Shown: positions 56,401 to 64,000 of the stretch, in pieces
How the letters are laid out: each line of letters opens with the position of its first letter
How positions within the stretch are numbered: the stretch's first letter is position 1
Source of the DNA: Eledone cirrhosa
Taxonomy: Eukaryota
Reading direction: 5' to 3'
Assembly (NCBI GenBank): GCA_964016885.1
Contig: OZ024760.1
Span: 27,156,001 to 27,220,000 of the forward strand
DNA length: 64,000 nucleotides
Translations under genes and position numbers: made by a program
Notes under the pieces: generated by a model
The model's input: the letters and a program-made list of their open reading frames with translations, nothing else
What the model was told of the DNA's origin: nothing
Databases searched by the model: none

Positions 56401-57410
56401 ATCATCATCTCATCATCTTCGTTTAACATCCATTTTCCACGCTAGCATGGGTTAGACGGGAGTTGTCCCACTTGAGGCAAGGTTGGTCGGGTGACCGTGT
56501 CTCGCTCATATAAGACTATCTGGCAGATTTTCTACGGCTGGATGCCCTTCCTAACACCAACCACATTTACAGTGTGGAACTGGGAACTTTTTACCATGTT
56601 ACCTACATGGCCACATTACAGCGTGGACTGTGTGTTTTTTTTCTCGTGACACCTACACGATCTCGATCTCATTTATTTGGACTGGATGTTGTGGTACCAA
56701 CTTTACAGAGAGAGAGAGTGGTAGGGGTAGTGGATTGGGGTGTATATTTGGTTAAGAGGTGCCTACTGACTGTAGGTTTCGCTTTGTACATAGGCAAGGC
56801 GGGTCTTCTGTATTACTGCGTAGCGCCAAAGATCTCGGTCCAGTGACATTGTCTTAGAGAGGTGCAAGTGTGTAAGGTCAGAATTTATCAGATCGTCCCA
56901 GGTTTTTCTGGGTCTACCTACTCCGTAACTACCATCAATTTTGATCGCCCTGCACTTTTTTATACAGCTATCGTTTTTCATGCGCATCACGTGGCCATAC
57001 CAACGTAGTCTTCTCTCAAGTAAACAGCATCTGATCCCTCTTATTCCTAATTTCTCACTTAGTTCATTTATGCTTTGCCGTTCACGTTTATTACTATTAC
57101 ACATCCAACGGAGCATGCAAGCTTCATTCCTTTCCTGTCTGCGCAGGTCCTCTGCACACAATGCCCAGGTCTCACTGCCATGTAGCATTGCTGTTCGTAT
57201 ACAGGCATCATACAATCTGCCTTTCATTTTTAGAGAGAACCCTTTAGCGGCCAATAGTGGTATAAGTTCTCTGAACTTTTTCCATCCCGTTCTGACTCTA
57301 GCTACAGTACTTTTGGAGCACCCTCCCCCACTGCTGATTTTGTCACCCAGGTAACGGAAAGTGTCTACTATTTCTATAGAACCATCTGGGCAATAGAAGG
57401 AGCTAGTATC

Positions 57411-57412
<2 letters not shown>
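56401..57412 (-). mobile_element. RTE-clade LINE, 5'-truncated
   Basis: [60 protein letters not shown], a 3' UTR and an (ATG)n tail. Confidence 0.9.
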
Positions 57413-57447
<35 letters not shown>

Positions 57448-57614
57448 ATTATATAAATGTGTATATATATATGTGATATTATATGTGTGTATATATATGT
57501 GATATTATATGTGTGTGTATATATATATATATATGATATTATATAAATGTGTATATATATATGTGATATTATATATATGTGTATATATATATGTGATATT
57601 ATATGTGTGTATCA

Positions 57615-57804
57615 GGGCGGTGGATTGGCAGTATCTGTAGAGGGTCGGACGCCATGCTTTGATGCATAGAGTTACGGCCCTTGCCATTCTGAGTTCAAAT
57701 CCCGCCAAGGTTTACTTTGCCTTTCATCCTTACGGGGTCGATTAAATAAAGTACCAGTAATGTACTGGGTAATTGATGGCCTTGTGCCAAAAGTAGAAAC
57801 AATT
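57615..57804 (+). mobile_element. Meta-like SINE, full length
   Basis: Matches 4067-4253 and is flanked by an ATTATATGTGTGT direct repeat. Confidence 0.85.
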
Positions 57805-57807
57805 ATA

Positions 57808-57838
<31 letters not shown>

Positions 57839-58382
57839 GATATTATGTGTGTATATATATGTGATATTATATATGTGTATATATATATATGATATTATAT
57901 GTGTGTATATATATGTGATATTATATGTGTATATATATATGTGATATTATATGTGTATATATATATCATATTATATGTGTGTATATATATATATATATGT
58001 GTATATATATATATATATGTGATATTATATATGTGTATATATATATGTGATATTATATGTGTATATATATATGTGATATTATATGTGTATATATATATGT
58101 GATATTATATGTGTATATATATATCATATTATATGTGTGTATATATATATATATATGTGTATATATATATGTATATATATATGTGATATTATATATGTGT
58201 ATATATATATGATATTATATATGTATATATATATATGTGTTATTATATACGTGTATATATATATCATTATATTTGTGTATATATATATATGTGATATTAT
58301 ATATGTGTATATATATGATATATATATATACATACATATGATATATATATGTGTATATATATATACACACATACATATGATA

Positions 58383-58416
<34 letters not shown>

Positions 58417-58456
58417 CACATACATATGATATATATATGTGTATATATATATATGA

Positions 58457-59402
58457 TATCATCATCATCATCATCATCATCATTTTACGTCCGCTTTTCC
58501 CTGCTGGCAAGGGTGGTACGGGTCTTATTCAGCACAGCATCTCTTCACTCATCACGGTCCTTCGTCATCTCCACCGTGAGCTTCAATGTTTTTCGTGGTC
58601 TACCTCTATCACGTCTTCCTTCAACTGGCATTTCCTGGCACTTCTTCACCCATCGGTCATCCTCCATGCGCATCACATGTCCATACCACCTCAGTCTCCT
58701 CTCCCGTACACTACAGTTTCTCTCTCAACACATTTATGCTGGGTCGTTCACGCACATTTACACTGCACATCCGACGGAGCATGCTTGCCTCATTTCTCTC
58801 CAGCCGTCGCATATCCTCTGCAGTTGCTGCCCATGTCTCACTACCATGCAGCATTGCGCTCCTCACACAGGCATCATATAACCGGCCTTTCGTACGCAGG
58901 GAGAAACCCTTCTTCGTCAACAGAGGAAGCAGCTCCCTAAACTTCTTCCAACCCGTCCTTATTCTAGATACTATGGCCTCGGAACACCCCCTTCACATGC
59001 TAATCTGATCTCCTAGGTACCGGAAGCTATCCACCACTTCTATAGCGCCCTCCTGCATCTGAAAAATGTGTCTATCAATGCGACTTCTACTGTCTAATTT
59101 CCCTGTACATCTACTGCATACATATTTCTCCCTACCTGTTAGTTTGCCTGCTATCCCGCTACATCTCTTGTGTACCCAGGATCTGCATTGTGTGCATTTT
59201 ATAGAATTTATGCCAGTTCCTTTTCTGCATATCGAACATGGCCATTTCCCTGACGGAATCAGGGTTTTGTCCTCTTTTCTACTCATCAACACTTTTGTCT
59301 TAGCTAGGTTCACTCTCAGTCCTCTTGCTTCCAACTGCTGTTTCCATAGCCAGAATATATTCTCTAGCTCCTCTACTGATTCTGCTATAAGAACCAGATC
59401 GT
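58457..59402 (-). mobile_element. Second RTE-clade LINE family, 5'-truncated in the RT, with a PHD-like finger
   Basis: [76 protein letters not shown] and an (ATG)n tail. Confidence 0.9.
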
Positions 59403-59957
59403 GATATATATATACATATATATATATATATACACACATATAATATCATATATATATATACACATATATAATATCACATATATATACACACATAATATCA
59501 TATATATATATATATATGTGATATTATATATGTGTATATATATATGATATTATATGTGTGTATATATATATATGTGTTATTATATATGTGTATATATATA
59601 TCATATTATATGTGTGTATATATATATATATGTGATATTATATATGTGTATATATATGATATATATATATACATATGATATATATATGTGTATATATATA
59701 TATACACACATACATATGATATATATGTGTATATATACACATACATATGATATATATATGTGTATATATATATATACACATACATATGATATATATATGT
59801 GTATATATATATATGATATATATATATATATATATGATATATATATGATATATATATATATATATATGATATATATATGATATATATATATATATATATG
59901 ATATATATATGTGTATATATATATATGATATATATATATATATATATATGATATATG

Positions 59958-59992
<35 letters not shown>

Positions 59993-60070
59993 CACACAGA
60001 CACACATATATATATATACATATATAATATCATATATATATACATACATACATACATATATATATATATA

Positions 60071-60680
60071 TGGTGGCTGCCAACTCGTTTTCGAGTACGG
60101 CCACTACTTTATATCCATGTAGGAGAACCCCTACTGATGCGCTGAACGAGTGTGACTTTCTAGTCCAGCCAGCGACTTGAAAGCTCTGGTACAAACACTA
60201 CACTTGTGACAATTATTGACACATAGTGCTGGGCCCATGGTACCATGTGACGACAAATGCAGAGAGATCTCCAGATATAAAGCAATGCCTGTGCCGTGAA
60301 GCTTTTATAGTGAGCAAAGGCACTGCACAAAGCCAGTCCCACTCTCTTAACCAAGATGATATTTACCAAAAAGAAGAACAAGTCAACATCATTGGATACC
60401 ATCAGGGTTGCAGGTGTTATATCAGAGTTTTCCTTCTCCTAGAATTCTGCCTTGACAAAGGCTAAGGGGTCATCTCTCCCGGTGATTTTGGATGGCCATT
60501 GACTCTTAAGAGCTCCTTTGCCTTTTGACAGGTTTTGTTTTTAGTCCTGCAGGATGTCCAAAGTCACCCTCCTCACCAAGAAACCTTGGTGGGGTTGCCA
60601 GTTTAGTCGCCAACGACCGACCATGGGACAGGTTGTACTGGAATACATGTTACCAGTAGCACCAACTGGTGACCTGACAT
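60071..60680 (-). mobile_element. Short non-autonomous RTE-derived element (5' UTR-like part fused to a C-terminal C2H2 finger and 3' end)
   Basis: Minus strand TCTAGGAGAAGGAAAACTCTGA, a motif I recognise from RTE 5' UTRs, then HKCSVCTRAFKSLAGLESHTRSAHQ* and a short 3' hairpin CTCGAAAACGAG before (TA)n. Confidence 0.6.
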
Positions 60681-60705
60681 AATATATATATACATATATA
60701 CACAC

Positions 60706-60736
<31 letters not shown>

Positions 60737-61420
60737 TATATACATACATACATATATATATATATACATACATACATACATACATACATACACATATACA
60801 TACATACATATATACATACATACATATATACATACATACATACATATATATATATATATACATACATACACATATATATATACATACATACATACATATA
60901 TATATACATACATACATATATATACACACATACATACACATACATACATACACATACATACATACATACATACATACACATACATATACATACATACATA
61001 TATATATACATACATATATATATACATACATACATACATATACATATACATACATATATATATATATACATACATATACATATACATACATACACACATA
61101 CATACACACATACACATACACATACATACATACATACACATACATACATACATATACATATATATATACATATATATACACATACATATACACATATATA
61201 TATATACATATATACACATACATACATACATACACATATACATACATACATACACACATACATACATATATATATATACACACACACACATACATACATA
61301 TACACATATATATACATATATATATATATACATACATATACATACATACATACATACACATACATACATACATACATACACATATATATATATACATATA
61401 TACATATATATACATACATA

Positions 61421-61807
61421 TGGTGGCTGCCAACTCGTTTTCGAGTACGGCCACTACTTTATATCCATGTAGGAGAACCCCTACCGATGCGCTGAATGAG
61501 TGTGACTTTTTAGTCCAGCCAGCGACTTGAAAACTCTGGTACAAACACTACACTTGTGACAATTACTGACACATAGTGCTGGGCCCATGGTACCATGTGA
61601 CGACAAGTGCAGAGAGATCTCCAGATATAAAGCAATGCCTGTGCCGTGAAGCTTTTATAGTGAGCAAAGGCACTGCACAAAGCCAGTCCCACTCTCTTAA
61701 CCAAGATGATATTTACCAAAAAGAAGAACAAGTCAACATCATTGGATACCATCAGGGTTGCAGGTGTTATATCAGAGTTTTCCTTCTCCTAGAATTCTGC
61801 CTTGACA
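61421..61807 (-). mobile_element. Second, truncated copy of the 60071-60680 element
   Basis: Near-identical to 60071-60457 (offset 1350 bp, a few substitutions). Confidence 0.75.
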
Positions 61808-62100
61808 TACATATACATACATACATACACATATATATACATATATATATATACATACATATATATACATATATATACATACATATACATATACATACAC
61901 ACATATATACATATACATACATACATACATACACATATATATACATATATATATATATACATATATATATATACATACATATACATATATATACATATAC
62001 ATATATATACATATATATACATATATATACATATACATATATATATATATATATACATATATATACATATATATATACACACATATATACATACATATAC

Positions 62101-62151
<51 letters not shown>

Positions 62152-62893
62152 TATATATACATATATATACACACATATATATATATATACATATATACAC
62201 ACATATACATATATATATACATATATACACACACATATACATATATATATACATACACATGTATATGTGTGTGTATGTATATGTGTATATATATGTGTAT
62301 ATGTGTGTATATATGTATGTATATGTATATGTATATGTATATATATATATGTATATATATATGTATATATATATGTATATATATATGTGTATATATATGT
62401 GTGTATATATATGTGTATATATATGTATATATATATGTATATATATGTATTTATATATATGTATATATATATATGTATATATGTATATATATATATATGT
62501 ATGTATATATATGTATATAAATGTATATAAATGTATATATATATATATGTATATATATGTATATATATATGTGTGTGTATATATGTATATATATATGTAT
62601 ATGTGTGTATATATGTATATATGTATATATATATATATATGTGTGTGTGTGTATGTATATATATATATACATACATACATACATACATATATATATATAT
62701 GTGTATATATATATATGATATATATATATATATATATATGATATATATATGATATATATATATATGATATATGATATGATATATATACATATATACATAT
62801 ATATAAATATATATACACACAGACACACATATATATATATTCATATATAATATCATATATCTATACATACATATATATATATATATATATACA

Positions 62894-62928
<35 letters not shown>

Positions 62929-63385
62929 GTCTCTCCTTGAAACAAACAAGCTAGTCTGTATAACTGTATAATAGAAACTAAAAGAACAATGTGGAGGAGA
63001 GAAAGACATAGTAGCAACATATACAGCCATTTGATATCGTGGCAACAAGTATATATTTATAAAAAAGTAAATAGAATAAAAAAAATAATAATAAATAAAA
63101 TATATAAAAGTTTTTTTTTTTTTAAATAAAAAAAAAGATATAAAAAGTGCCACGTCAGCGACTTCAGGCAGAATCTTCAGCCATTCAAAGATGGAAGAGA
63201 ATTCTTCGTTTCGTTCGCTTTTTCTTCTTATCAGTGGCATAGAGTGACAGAGGGTAGCTACAAGGGTGCAATAATGAGGTATCTAAGGGCTTTAAAGGAG
63301 GGGGTACTTTAAGAGTGGTTCTGGAGGACGCATGAGTGGTGAGGATAGCTACTTGGGAGTACTGGTGGCAAGGAAGGGCTGACAT

Positions 63386-63945
63386 AGGCAGTATCGGTAG
63401 AGGGTCGGACGCCATGCTTTCCAGCATAGTTACATCCCTTTACGATCTGAGTTCAAATCCCGCCGAGGTTGACTTTGCCTTTCATCCTTACGGGGTCGAT
63501 AAAATAAAGTACCAGTAATGCACTGGGTAATTGCTGGCCTTGTGCCTAAAGTAGAAACAATTATTAGGTAGCATATGATGTGAGTTCAAATCCCACCGAG
63601 GTTAACCTTGCCTTTCATCCTTACGGGGGGTCGATAAAATAAAATACCAGTAATACACTGGGATAATTGCTGGCCTTGTGCTGCCAAAAGTAGAAACAAT
63701 TACTAGCGGCATAGAGTTACGGGCCTTTACGTTCTGAGTTCAAATCCTGCTGAGGTTTAGCTTTGCTTTTTTTTTTTTGTCATCCTTACGGCGGGGGAGG
63801 GGGGGCGATAAAATAAAGTACCAGTAATGCATTCGGGTCGATTTAATCGACTCTCCCCTCTTCCTATAGTAGAAACCCAGTAATCGATAAAGCGTCGGAC
63901 GATATGCTTAGTGGCATAGAGTTACGGCCCATTACGTTCTGTGTC
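63386..63945 (+). mobile_element. Cluster of four tandem Meta-like SINE copies or fragments
   Basis: GAGTTCAAATCC..CATCCTTACGG..GATAAAATAAA..ACCAG repeats near 63449, 63582 and 63736, with a head fragment at about 63885-63940. Confidence 0.8.
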
Positions 63946-64000
63946 TATACTAGAAATCATTATCAGTATCGGTGGAGCATCGCACAATATTGCTTAGCGG

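Noticed and set aside
60131-60212. Exon of a host C2H2 zinc-finger gene
   Set aside because: It is a single finger ending in a stop, followed by a retroelement-like 3' end, duplicated locally and lacking the TGEKP linkers of host arrays.

Overview
Eukaryotic, very AT-rich, repeat-dense DNA with no host exon I can support. The CORE-type and Meta-type tRNA-SINEs, RTE LINEs and dense (TA)n/(CA)n tracts suggest an invertebrate, plausibly an octopus (inference only). A ~20-kb satellite of 30/32/20-bp monomers (14.05-34.05 kb) dominates the window and shows nested higher-order periods of 788, 2362 and 7526 bp. The rest is nested mobile DNA: three Penelope-like (RT/GIY-YIG) fragments, a young non-autonomous LTR element with a tRNA-Trp PBS, RTE, CR1-like and Tx1/L1-like LINE fragments, two SINE families, a piggyBac-type MITE and a Tc1/mariner-like TIR pair. 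The most notable signal is a set of about 13 type I hammerhead ribozyme motifs from several distinct sequence families. They sit in short, mostly non-coding fold-back elements inserted in (TA)n and mostly have self-complementary stem III sequences. One arrangement predicts a 523-nt ribozyme-to-ribozyme RNA. A GAGTRC hairpin motif 38-62 nt from the (TA)n junction is shared across families. All structures were paired by eye; no database search was run. Nearly all long ORFs in the track are repeat artefacts.
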